A DNA stretch of 64,000 nt from positions 132,850-196,849 of the forward strand of contig JBBQDM010000005.1 in NCBI GenBank assembly GCA_038319675.1, written 5' to 3'. The translations under genes were made by a program, and so were the position numbers. The DNA comes from Vicinamibacterales bacterium. GTDB taxonomy: Bacteria; Acidobacteriota; Vicinamibacteria; Vicinamibacterales; SCN-69-37. Of the stretch, positions 39,591-48,308 are shown in pieces (position 1 is the stretch's first letter; each line of letters opens with the position of its first letter). The notes below the pieces were generated by a model, which did not search any database, was not told the origin of the DNA, and saw only the letters and a program-made list of their open reading frames with translations.

Positions 39591-39938
39591 ATGAAGATCA
39601 TCAGCGGTTTATCCGACGAAGCGATTCTCGCCGAAATTGGGCGCCGACTTGCGGCCACGAGGCTCGCCCGCAATCTCACGCAGGCCGATTTGGCGAAGCA
39701 GGCCGGCGTGTCGAAGCGCACGGTCGAGCGACTTGAGTCCGGGGAAGTGGCCGCGCGGCTTTCGGCGCTTGTGCGCGTCGGCCGGGTACTTGGCTTGGCT
39801 GATCAGTTCGATCGGCTCGTGCCCGCGCCCACGACGAGTCCAGTCGAACAACTGAAACTCACGAGGCGACGCCGGAAGCGGGCCTCGGGGGCTCGCGAGA
39901 CACCGGCGGCCGAGCCGTGGACCTGGGGGGATGAATGA
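39591..39938 (+). CDS. hipB: XRE-family HTH antitoxin HipB
   Basis: 'LARNLTQADLAKQAGVSKRTVERLESGE' HTH. 115 aa. ATGA overlap with hipA. Confidence 0.8.
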   Translation: MKIISGLSDEAILAEIGRRLAATRLARNLTQADLAKQAGVSKRTVERLESGEVAARLSALVRVGRVLGLADQFDRLVPAPTTSPVEQLKLTRRRRKRASGARETPAAEPWTWGDE

Positions 39939-41233
39939 TTGCGGAGGTGCGGCTCTGGGGACGCACCATCGGGGCTGTCTCAGAGGAGGTCGGTCGCGAT
40001 CACGTGGCATTCCAGTTCACGCCTGAGTTTGCCGCAAGCGGGATCGAAGTGGCTCCGATCGTGATGCCCCTCGACACGCGCGTGTACGAGTTTCCTGATC
40101 TGCCTCGGCGAACGTTTCAGGGCCTGCCGGGTCTGTTGGCAGACTCTCTCCCCGACCGCTTCGGCAACGCGCTGATCGACGCGTGGCTGGCCACCCAGGG
40201 CCGATCACCGGGCAGCTTCAGCGCCATTGAGCGACTCTGTTACACAGGCACGCGCGGCATGGGCGCGCTTGAATACGTCCCGACCATCGGGCCCGGCGCC
40301 GGCCGTTCCCGACAGCTCGACGTCGATGCGCTCGTCACGCTGGCCTCACACATCCTCACGACACACGACACACTGACGGGCGGCTTCGCCGACGAGGCGG
40401 CGCAGGAGACGCTTGTCGATATCCTGAGAGTCGGCACCTCTGCCGGTGGTGCACGCGCGAAGGCGGTGATCGCCTGGAATCCAGAGACCAACGAAGTGCG
40501 CTCGGGACAGGTCCCCGCCGGTCCGGGATTCAGCTACTGGCTGCTGAAGTTTGATGGCGTGGCTGGCAATCGCGACAAGGAGTTGGAAGACCCACAGGGG
40601 TACGGCGGCATCGAATACGCCTACTCGCGGATGGCGCGAGCGGCCGGAATCACCATGATGGAGTGCCGGCTCCTCACTGAGCACGGCCGCCGCCACTTCA
40701 TGACCAGGCGATTCGATCGGGATGACGATGGGCGGAAGCTGCATATGCAGACGCTGGGTGCGATGGCGCACCTCGACTACAACCAGGCGGGCGCGCACGG
40801 TTATGAGCAGGTCTTCGATGTGATGCGCCGCCTCGATCTCCCTCTGACGTCGATGGAAGAGCAGTTCCGACGGATGCTCTTTAATGTCGTCGCGCGCAAT
40901 CAGGACGACCACGTGAAGAACATCGCCTTCCTCATGGACAAGGCCGGGCAGTGGACGCTGGCGCCGGCGTATGACGTGACCTACAGCTACAACCCCTCAG
41001 GCGTGTGGACGTCAATGCATCAGATGACCATCAACGGCGCGCGAGACAGGTTCACCCGCGCCGATCTGCGCGCCGCCGCCAGAACCGCCGGCCTCAAACA
41101 GGGACGCGCCGACGCTCTGCTCGATGCCATGGTCGCCGTCGTCACTCGCTGGCCGGAGTATGCGGCCGAGGCCGCGATGCCCGGCGACGTTGTTGCCGGC
41201 ATTCAACGCGCCCATCGTCTTGACTGGCCTTAA
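39935..41233 (+). CDS. hipA: type II toxin HipA-family serine/threonine kinase
   Basis: N-terminal coupling domain 'VRLWGRTIGAVSEE...VAFQFTPEF'. 'LPGLLADSLPDRFGN', 'GTSAGGARAKAVI', catalytic region 'NQDDHVKNIAFLMD...WTLAPAYDVT'. Confidence 0.9.
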   Translation: MIAEVRLWGRTIGAVSEEVGRDHVAFQFTPEFAASGIEVAPIVMPLDTRVYEFPDLPRRTFQGLPGLLADSLPDRFGNALIDAWLATQGRSPGSFSAIERLCYTGTRGMGALEYVPTIGPGAGRSRQLDVDALVTLASHILTTHDTLTGGFADEAAQETLVDILRVGTSAGGARAKAVIAWNPETNEVRSGQVPAGPGFSYWLLKFDGVAGNRDKELEDPQGYGGIEYAYSRMARAAGITMMECRLLTEHGRRHFMTRRFDRDDDGRKLHMQTLGAMAHLDYNQAGAHGYEQVFDVMRRLDLPLTSMEEQFRRMLFNVVARNQDDHVKNIAFLMDKAGQWTLAPAYDVTYSYNPSGVWTSMHQMTINGARDRFTRADLRAAARTAGLKQGRADALLDAMVAVVTRWPEYAAEAAMPGDVVAGIQRAHRLDWP

Positions 41234-41404
41234 TCTTCGGCGGCCCGGCCCGAGCGCCACCATCGTCACCATCGCGTGTGACCACGGGCTTCAGGACCTC
41301 AGAACAGAGCTGTATCGATAACACGCCCATTTTTCAGCATTCGTCAGGCACTGGACGCCCTGTGATGACGGCGACGGAACAACATCCGGAGTCGATTCGA
41401 CAAT

Positions 41405-42760
41405 CTATTCTTCATATACGGAGATGGCCGGTTTCACTCGCACCCAGCCTTCGCCGGCCTTCCACACAAGGATGGCACCAGGCCCGTCTCGCTCAGGACA
41501 CGCCTCGCGCGTGTGGGCGATTCGCCCTTCGAGCTCGAGGCGGCCGTGCTCGTCCCAGTAGCGATCCGAATACCGCGCGCGGACGAAGCGCAGGGCGCGA
41601 TCGAACTCGTAGATCGCCGTGGCGCCGGTGGTTCCGCCTTCGGACTCGATCGTGGTCACTGTCACGCGATCATTGAGCAACGCCACTCCTGCGCGGTTGA
41701 AGGGGGCGGCCGTCACGCGATTCAGTTCGGAGCGCGCGAACGTCGCATAAAACAGCGGCGGCGTCGAGGGGCACGCCATGCAGGCGAAGGTCGTGCCCTC
41801 GGTGCCCGGCGCCTGGCCGGCGGCGGCGTTGGCGTCGAGCAGCGCGAACATCGCCTCGTCGCGCTGGTTGTTGAAGCCGCCGATCGCGAGACGGGCGTCG
41901 CCGACCCACAGCACGCTCTCGATCCAGCCCGGATTTACGAACGTGCTCAGACGGCGGCCGTCTCGATCGAGCACGGCCACCATGGCAGCCCACCAGGTAA
42001 AGTCGTGAGCCGCCACCGCGAATCGGGCGCCCGCGCCGGCCAGTCCCGACTGCCAGTCGGCCAGCACCCACGGGCCGTTGTGCGCTCCATCCCCGAAGGT
42101 CAACACGTCGTCAAACCCGAACCGCCAGCGAATGTCGCCGCGCGTCGAGAGACTGAGCAACTCGCCGCTCTGGACGGAGCGGTCGGTCTGATCCAGGTAG
42201 TAGGAAACGCCGACCAGCACGTCGGGAACCCCGTCGCCGTCGACGTCGCCGATCTGCGGCGGCCGCAGGCCCGCCGGTACGCCAGCGCGGGGCGCGAATC
42301 TGTGGATCATCCGCGACACACCTGACGCATCGGCCAGCGATACCCCGGTGTGCATGACGTCGACGCGCAGCGTGTCGGCGTCGGGAGGCGCCGGCACGCT
42401 GCGCATGACGATGGCGGCGGTCGCGAGCGTGAAGAGGAGCGCGACGGTCAAGGCCTTCGAGATGTGGCGGCGCGGGCGGGCTCCAGGGTGAATCGTGTTT
42501 TTAGGTTCGATCGGCGGTACGGTGGCGGATGGCTCGTCCAGCGTCTCCGGTTCCGGCTGGTCGCCGGCCATCCAGGCGTCGATTTCATCGGTGAACGCGA
42601 ACACCGACGTGCCCTTGCCGCCCGGCACCCGGTGCAGCGGCATGCCCTGCGCTTCCCAGCGCGTGGCGGTTCGGACATCGCGGCCGATGTAGTCAGCGAC
42701 CTCTTTCCAGGAATCAAGGCGCCGACGCTGTCCGGGACTGGGGATGTCCGCTAATGCCAT
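41405..42760 (-). CDS. membrane-anchored HTH protein with periplasmic FG-GAP/VCBS-like beta-propeller
   Basis: N-terminus 'RRLDSWKEVADYIGRDVRTATRWEAQGMPLHRV' (excisionase/MerR-type HTH). Single TM 'ALTVALLFTLATAAIVM'. Then 'IGDVDGDGVPDVLVGVSYY', W/G-rich repeats. Confidence 0.6.
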   Translation of the reverse strand: MALADIPSPGQRRRLDSWKEVADYIGRDVRTATRWEAQGMPLHRVPGGKGTSVFAFTDEIDAWMAGDQPEPETLDEPSATVPPIEPKNTIHPGARPRRHISKALTVALLFTLATAAIVMRSVPAPPDADTLRVDVMHTGVSLADASGVSRMIHRFAPRAGVPAGLRPPQIGDVDGDGVPDVLVGVSYYLDQTDRSVQSGELLSLSTRGDIRWRFGFDDVLTFGDGAHNGPWVLADWQSGLAGAGARFAVAAHDFTWWAAMVAVLDRDGRRLSTFVNPGWIESVLWVGDARLAIGGFNNQRDEAMFALLDANAAAGQAPGTEGTTFACMACPSTPPLFYATFARSELNRVTAAPFNRAGVALLNDRVTVTTIESEGGTTGATAIYEFDRALRFVRARYSDRYWDEHGRLELEGRIAHTREACPERDGPGAILVWKAGEGWVRVKPAISVYEE

Positions 42761-42838
42761 GCGTTGCCTGTTGCCGAGTCTACTCCAGCCGGCGCATGCT
42801 GCGGCGTCGGGGGCAGGTGCTCCCAGAAAGACTGCACC

Positions 42839-43477
42839 ATGATTCGTGTTTCCGGTAAGGCTCTCTTTCCTTGGATCGCGTTGCTTGTGGCGTCAGCCTG
42901 TGCGGCGAAGCCTGCGGACCGCCTCATCCAGGACCGGGCGCGGGGACCTGCCGAGCCGGTCGTGACAAAAAGGCCATGCCCGCCCGAACTTGCGGCGATC
43001 GACACGCGGTTGGCGGCTGTGGATCGCGCCCGCGGCGCCACGCGCGACCGGTTGCGCGCGACCGGCTTCGAGCGAACCGCTGCGGACCTGATCGGCGATG
43101 CGACGGCGCCGCCTGGTCTCGCCATCGACGCGGCGCGGTCGGCCGATGCGCTCGAACAACTCCTCGCGGGGCGCTCGCTGGCCTACCCGGCGCTCGCCAA
43201 CGAGGTCGACTGGATCGCCCTCAACTGGTTTGATTCGGTTCTGAAGCGTTGGACGCCGGGACACGTCCGCAGCCTGACGTCGATGACGGCGTCCGAATTC
43301 GGCGCGCTGAAGCAGGACACGGTGGCGCTTCGGCAATTAGTCTCCGACATCAGAGATCTTCGGACGCGCCGGGAAGTCCTGGCCGACTGTACCGGACGCG
43401 CATCCGCTGCGAGTGGCGGTGCGCACGCGGGAGATGCTCCAGTTAATCGCCGTACTCCAAGGAGGAATGCACCATGA
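42839..43477 (+). CDS. hypothetical lipoprotein
   Basis: 'MIRVSGKALFPWIALLVASAC' signal/lipobox. 212 aa, helical Arg/Ala-rich. ATGA overlap with the next gene. The ORF start at 42764 is rejected. Confidence 0.5.
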   Translation: MIRVSGKALFPWIALLVASACAAKPADRLIQDRARGPAEPVVTKRPCPPELAAIDTRLAAVDRARGATRDRLRATGFERTAADLIGDATAPPGLAIDAARSADALEQLLAGRSLAYPALANEVDWIALNWFDSVLKRWTPGHVRSLTSMTASEFGALKQDTVALRQLVSDIRDLRTRREVLADCTGRASAASGGAHAGDAPVNRRTPRRNAP

Positions 43478-44736
43478 CCTATGTTTCCGGTAAGGCTCTC
43501 GTTGCTTCAATCGCATTGGCGTGTCTGTTTGCGGGCGGTCCGTCTCCGGAGGCGTCGTCAGTTCCACTCGCCTGGCAGGCCGGCTGCGGGCAGTCGATGG
43601 ACGCGCTCAATCGCCTGAAGGCCGATCTTGGACTCGACCGCGCGCTCGCGGACCGCATGAACTCGCTGGCAGAAGCCGCGCGTGGAAGCGGCCAGCCGCC
43701 TCCAGCAAGCCAACTCGACTCGCTGGCTGAAGACGGCCTTGATGGGCTCACCGACGCCGGCGACCAGCTCGAACAGGCCGCCGAAGACATCGGCAGGCAA
43801 CTCGAGCAAATGCAGCTGACACGTCAGCACCTGGCCTGGAACCGCGGCGTCAGGCAGCTGCAGACCGCGCGCACGAATCTTCGTTACGTCACTCGGCCCG
43901 GATCGCTCGGCGCCGGTCGTGCGAGTGGATCGCTGTCGCCCACCGGTGTTGGCCCGCAGTGGATCGCGGAAGCGGCCGGGGCGGCGGGCGACGTCGGCTC
44001 CGCGGCGGAGAATCTGAACAGGATTGCGCTCGACGGCCAGTTCAATAATCTCGGGGGTGTCGGCATTCAGCAGGGCGCGCGGGACATGAACCCGCCGCCG
44101 AATCCCGCACCCAATCCGTGGGATGAGATGTGGAGGCGGCTGCAGGCGCAGCAGGCGCGCATTCGCAACAACGTCAAGGGGCTGAACGCCGCGCGGGCAC
44201 TGCAGGCGCGCGAGTTCCAGCAGGCGCAGCAGAATACCAACGACATGCGGCAGGCGGTGCAGCAGGCCCAGGACGTCGCCGATCAGCTCGGACAACTGGC
44301 CGCGTTGTGTAACCAGGCGCAGCAACAGCAGGCACAGAACGCTCAGCCGCAACCGGCGAACACGCCCCCGCCGGCGCAGGCGGCCGCCGCAGCGAAGGGC
44401 GGCATGGGCGCGGGCACACAAGCAGCGCTCGGCCTTGCCGCCGCGGGCGCCGCGGCCGGCGGCGTCGTGCTGTATCAAGTTGCGCAGGCGTGCAAAGAGC
44501 CGGACTACCAAAGCAGCTTCCAGGCTTGCGCGAGTGGCAGCTGCGGCGGCTGCGCCGCGATGATAGAAACTTTTCTTCCCTACTGCGATTGCGTAGAGCA
44601 GAAGCACGCCGAGGCCGCCGGTGTGGGAGCTTTATGCCGTCAGGCCCGGGACGTTATAAGAGAGGCAGAGTACCTCTACGGTTGCCTCGTCCCCAGACAG
44701 ATGACGCGGATCCCTGGTGCGGCGATCCGCCGATGA
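43474..44736 (+). CDS. hypothetical bitopic protein: signal peptide, Gln-rich coiled coil, TM, Cys-rich C-terminal domain
   Basis: Strong SD (aaggagg, 43458-43464). 'MTYVSGKALVASIALACLFAG'. 'QAQQQQAQNAQPQPANTPPPAQ'. Hydrophobic 'ALGLAAAGAAAGGVVLY'. Then 9 Cys in 'CKEPDY..FQACASGSCGGCAAMIETFLPYCDCVEQ...ALCRQ...YGC'. Confidence 0.5.
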   Translation: MTYVSGKALVASIALACLFAGGPSPEASSVPLAWQAGCGQSMDALNRLKADLGLDRALADRMNSLAEAARGSGQPPPASQLDSLAEDGLDGLTDAGDQLEQAAEDIGRQLEQMQLTRQHLAWNRGVRQLQTARTNLRYVTRPGSLGAGRASGSLSPTGVGPQWIAEAAGAAGDVGSAAENLNRIALDGQFNNLGGVGIQQGARDMNPPPNPAPNPWDEMWRRLQAQQARIRNNVKGLNAARALQAREFQQAQQNTNDMRQAVQQAQDVADQLGQLAALCNQAQQQQAQNAQPQPANTPPPAQAAAAAKGGMGAGTQAALGLAAAGAAAGGVVLYQVAQACKEPDYQSSFQACASGSCGGCAAMIETFLPYCDCVEQKHAEAAGVGALCRQARDVIREAEYLYGCLVPRQMTRIPGAAIRR

Positions 44737-47105
44737 CACGATGGTGCCGCGCGGCAGCGCGATGGGCGCTGTGTGGCGTGCTGATGGCTGTCGCGGGATG
44801 CGCGGCGCGTGCCGGCGTGCCGCATGCTGCCGGCAGTGCACCGCCCACGGACGCGCGGCCTTCTGCGAGCGAGGGCGATGAAGAGCTCACAGCGATCGAG
44901 GCGCGGCAGGCGCGCCTCGATCGTCCGCAGGCACCCGCGATTCCGCCGCCACCCGCCGGGTCGCCCGTCACATGTGACGCGCAGTCTTCGCCGGTGACAT
45001 GCGCGGCGGCGGTCGACGTCGTCGCGCCCGATGTGACGGCGTGGCTCCGCCCGCTCAACTCGGTTGAACTGAGCGCCGACGCGTTGACCGTAATCGGTCC
45101 AGACCCAGCAGACTGGATCGCCTTCGCGAGAAACAGCGCAGGGCCGGCTGTCGGCATCGAACGCGTCTACGTCGACGGCATGCCTGCGGCCGGAGCACTC
45201 ACCGCGGCGTCGATCAGCCGCGTGTCGGTCAACAGCGATCCCTTTTCGTCCGAGTACGCCGGCGCGGGGGAGATACGTGTCAACGTCGATCTGAGGCCCC
45301 CTGACCGCCGTTGGCGGCTCGGCGGGTCACTTCCCTCGGCCGGCGGCGGTGGCGGATCCCCGCTCGGTCCATCGGGCACGCCGGTGTCGCGCTCCTCTGG
45401 GTTGAGCGTGAGCGGGCCCCTGCCGCGGCTGCCGCTGACCTTCGCCGTGCATGCGACCCATCGGTTCGCGCGTCGTGGCGTGCTGTTCGTGGATCCGGCG
45501 TCGTCGGCGCTCGAGCCCGCCGATGGGGATCGCCGGCCAACCTCGCGAGGCGTCGGCCTCACCGCCGGGCTGAGCTTCGCTGCAGCTGGTGCCATCGTGC
45601 GGACGACGTTCATCGGAAGCAGCAATGAGGCGCGTCATGCGGGAATTGGAGGTACGAGGGGCCCGACGACTGGCCTGCGCCTCGAGTCCGCGTCGCGCGC
45701 GCTTCAGGCGACCTGGCGCATCGGCGCGGGCGCGCGTGTGCATCGGGGTGGGTGGTCGGTCACCCACCAGCGTCTCGACGCTGCTGCCGAGTCGCTCGAT
45801 GCCGCCGTCAGGATCGTCGGGCAACTGACAACCGGGGGCAATCCGCTCGCGGGTGAGGCTCGACGGGCCTCGGCGCTGAGCGTCAAGCACGTCGTCGAAG
45901 GAGGGTCGGGCCGATGGAAGCTCGGCGCGGAGGGCCACCACGACACTGTCTCGAACACGCGCGTCCCCAATGCCTTTGGACGCCTGCACGCCAGCACCTT
46001 GGACGCGGCGACCGGTACTTGGATCGTCACACGGGGCACGTCGACCGCGTCTGCCACAGCGACATCGGCCGCGCTGTTCGCAGAACGGGCCGCCGTCGAC
46101 ACGCCGCGCCTCAGCGCCCGTTGGGGAGTGAGAGCAGACTGGCAGAACGGCGACGGCACGTATGTGTCGCCGCGTGTGCTCGTCGCCGCGCGCGTGGCAG
46201 GGTTCCAGGTCTCCGGCGGCGCAGGGACATTCGTACAACGATGGTTTCCCGATCTCCTGATCGCCGCGGCGCACAGCGCGGCCGCGGGCAGCATCACCTA
46301 TGTGGCGCCTGATATTCCGATCGGCTCGGTGGAGGAGCGTGATCCCGCGATGGGCGTGGCAATGCGCACCGTGATGGGCGCGAACTTCGAGCGCCGGCGC
46401 GACCTGATCGTCCGCGGCGGCCTTCACCGCCGCGTGGGCGCCGTTCAGGCCGGCGTGGAACACACGTGGACGCGAGGCCAGTCATTGGCCGGAACGACGC
46501 GCGAGCGGCATGCGCTCGGCTTGCTGGACACGGTCGAGAGCAACCGCCGTCTGCGGCTGCATCAGACGCACGCGAGCGCGACGTTCAGGCTCGGCGCCGG
46601 TTCGGTCGCGGCCTATTACCAGCACGCGCGCGCCTTTGACGATGGTGGAGGGCTGCTGGCGGCGCCGGTACGCCGCGGGGACGTGGCGGCGGAATGGGGG
46701 AGAAGCTCCGGTGTGCCGCGACACGCCGCGGGCGTAACCGCCATGCTGCCCCTGCCCTGGCACGTCCGGATGTCGGTCTCCGCGCAGGGCCATGCCGGCA
46801 TACCCTTCACCGTCATCACCGGCCGCGATGCGGGCGATCTTGCGACGTTCTCCGATCGCGCGGGCCGGGCGCGAAACGACGGCGTGCTGCCGCCCTCCTT
46901 CAGAGCGTCAGTGTTTCTCGCGCGCACAGTGCGCATCCCTGGGCTCAATGGGCTGGCCTTCGACGTCGGCATTCGCGCCGACAACCTCACGGATCACCGT
47001 AACGTCACGAGCGTCGGGCCCGTCGCGGGCACGGGGATGTTCGGACGTCCGCTGGATGCCTCGCCAGGCCGTTCGGTCCAGTTCTGGGCCACGCTGGCGC
47101 GCTGA
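44733..47105 (+). CDS. outer-membrane beta-barrel protein, degenerate TonB-dependent-receptor-like
   Basis: Lipoprotein-like signal 'WALCGVLMAVAGCAARAG'. Plug-like segment 'IERVYVDGMPAAGALTAASISRVSVNSDPFSSEYAGAGEIRVNV' resembles the TBDR plug 'DG..........I....V...PfSAEYG'. Long alternating beta-strand-like body. ATGA overlap upstream. The ORF start at 44490 is rejected. Confidence 0.45.
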   Translation: MTRWCRAAARWALCGVLMAVAGCAARAGVPHAAGSAPPTDARPSASEGDEELTAIEARQARLDRPQAPAIPPPPAGSPVTCDAQSSPVTCAAAVDVVAPDVTAWLRPLNSVELSADALTVIGPDPADWIAFARNSAGPAVGIERVYVDGMPAAGALTAASISRVSVNSDPFSSEYAGAGEIRVNVDLRPPDRRWRLGGSLPSAGGGGGSPLGPSGTPVSRSSGLSVSGPLPRLPLTFAVHATHRFARRGVLFVDPASSALEPADGDRRPTSRGVGLTAGLSFAAAGAIVRTTFIGSSNEARHAGIGGTRGPTTGLRLESASRALQATWRIGAGARVHRGGWSVTHQRLDAAAESLDAAVRIVGQLTTGGNPLAGEARRASALSVKHVVEGGSGRWKLGAEGHHDTVSNTRVPNAFGRLHASTLDAATGTWIVTRGTSTASATATSAALFAERAAVDTPRLSARWGVRADWQNGDGTYVSPRVLVAARVAGFQVSGGAGTFVQRWFPDLLIAAAHSAAAGSITYVAPDIPIGSVEERDPAMGVAMRTVMGANFERRRDLIVRGGLHRRVGAVQAGVEHTWTRGQSLAGTTRERHALGLLDTVESNRRLRLHQTHASATFRLGAGSVAAYYQHARAFDDGGGLLAAPVRRGDVAAEWGRSSGVPRHAAGVTAMLPLPWHVRMSVSAQGHAGIPFTVITGRDAGDLATFSDRAGRARNDGVLPPSFRASVFLARTVRIPGLNGLAFDVGIRADNLTDHRNVTSVGPVAGTGMFGRPLDASPGRSVQFWATLAR

Positions 47106-47108
47106 ACG

Positions 47109-48308
47109 TCAGGCGGGCACTGGCAGCGCCTTGCCACAGGTGTCACACGTGCCGCCAGTGCCCTCACAAGGCACGCCGTCACCCTGCGAACACGCGCAAC
47201 GTCCCGTGCCAGTCCAGATGAGCGGCGACGTGGCCGTTTCTGTCACTGGCACCCTAGTGCGGATTTCCGCAGCAACCTGATCCGGCGACGGCACGATGCC
47301 GCCCGCCGTCCCATAAAACTCCACCGTACGCGTCCCTTCCGCCGCCGCGCGCACGTCCGACACCATCTGCCCCATGTTCATCTCCACGGTGAGCACCTTT
47401 CCCGCCCCAGTGACGCCATCCATGGCCCTGCGGCACGCAGCCACGGGGAACGGATTCAGCGTGATGGGACGAAACAACGCGACGCGCAGGCCTTTTTGTT
47501 TCAGCTCATCGATGGCGGTCTTGCAGATGCGCGCCATCGTGCCGAAGGCCACCACCAGCACGTCGTACGGGCCGTCCGCGCCGTACAACTCCGATCGCGC
47601 CTCGTCGCGATGAATGCGGTCGTATTTGTCCTTGAGGTGCACGTTGTGCGCGTGCAGCTGTTCGGGCGACAGGAAGAGGGAGTTCACGATCCGGCGCGGG
47701 CGATCTTTTGCGCCCGTCAGGGACCAGGTATTGGGCTTGAACGGTTCACCGCGCCCCTCGCTGTGGAACTCGACCGGCTCCATCATCTGACCGATCATCC
47801 CGTCGGCACACACCATCACCGGATTGCGGTACAACTCGGCCAGCTCAAACGCCAGCGTCATCAGGTCCACCGCCTCCTGCACGGATGCAGGCGCCAGGAC
47901 GATGAGCTGATAATCGCCGTGGCCATGCCCGCGCGTGGCCTGGAAGTAGTCACTCTGCGACGGCAGGATGCCCCCCAACCCGGGTCCCGCGCGCATGATG
48001 TTGATCACCACACATGGCAGCTCACACGCGGCGAGATAACTCATGCCCTCGGCCATCAGGCTGATGCCCGGTGACGAGGACGATGTCATGCACTTGAGTC
48101 CGACGCCGGCGGCGCCATAGACCATGTGAATGGCGGCGACCTCGGATTCCGCCTGAACGAATGCGCCCCCCACCTCGGGGAGCCGCTTCACCAGGTATTC
48201 CGGGACCTCAGTCTGCGGCGTAATAGGGTAGCCGAAGAAGTGCACACAGCCGGCGCGGATCGCCGCTTCGGCCAGCGCCTCGTTTCCCTTCATCAGGACC
48301 TTGGACAT
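47109..48308 (-). CDS. 2-oxoacid:ferredoxin oxidoreductase alpha subunit with Cys-rich C-terminal extension
   Basis: 'MSKVLMKGNEALAEAAIRAGCVHFFGYPITPQTE' is a typical Por/Vor/Kor alpha N-terminus. SD aaggag lies 5-6 nt upstream. The extra ~48-aa tail is 'VPVTETATSPLIWTGTGRCACSQGDGVPCEGTGGTCDTCGKALPVPA'. Confidence 0.85.
   Translation of the reverse strand: MSKVLMKGNEALAEAAIRAGCVHFFGYPITPQTEVPEYLVKRLPEVGGAFVQAESEVAAIHMVYGAAGVGLKCMTSSSSPGISLMAEGMSYLAACELPCVVINIMRAGPGLGGILPSQSDYFQATRGHGHGDYQLIVLAPASVQEAVDLMTLAFELAELYRNPVMVCADGMIGQMMEPVEFHSEGRGEPFKPNTWSLTGAKDRPRRIVNSLFLSPEQLHAHNVHLKDKYDRIHRDEARSELYGADGPYDVLVVAFGTMARICKTAIDELKQKGLRVALFRPITLNPFPVAACRRAMDGVTGAGKVLTVEMNMGQMVSDVRAAAEGTRTVEFYGTAGGIVPSPDQVAAEIRTRVPVTETATSPLIWTGTGRCACSQGDGVPCEGTGGTCDTCGKALPVPA
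47115..47163. terminator. hairpin inside the 3' tail of the OFOR alpha gene, 10 nt downstream of the convergent barrel gene
   Basis: Perfect 10-bp arms gggcactggc (47115-47124) / gccagtgccc (47154-47163) with a 29-nt loop. The two convergent stops are only 3 nt apart (47105 / 47109), so any terminator must lie within coding sequence. Confidence 0.35.

Noticed and set aside
42758-42798. 6-bp inverted repeat CATGCG...CGCATG and direct repeat GTTGCC-T-GTTGCC in the 78-bp divergent spacer between the HTH-TM gene and the envelope operon
   Set aside because: The arms are too short and the spacer too long (29 nt) to distinguish from chance. I mention it only as a place to look if the regulator's binding site is mapped.
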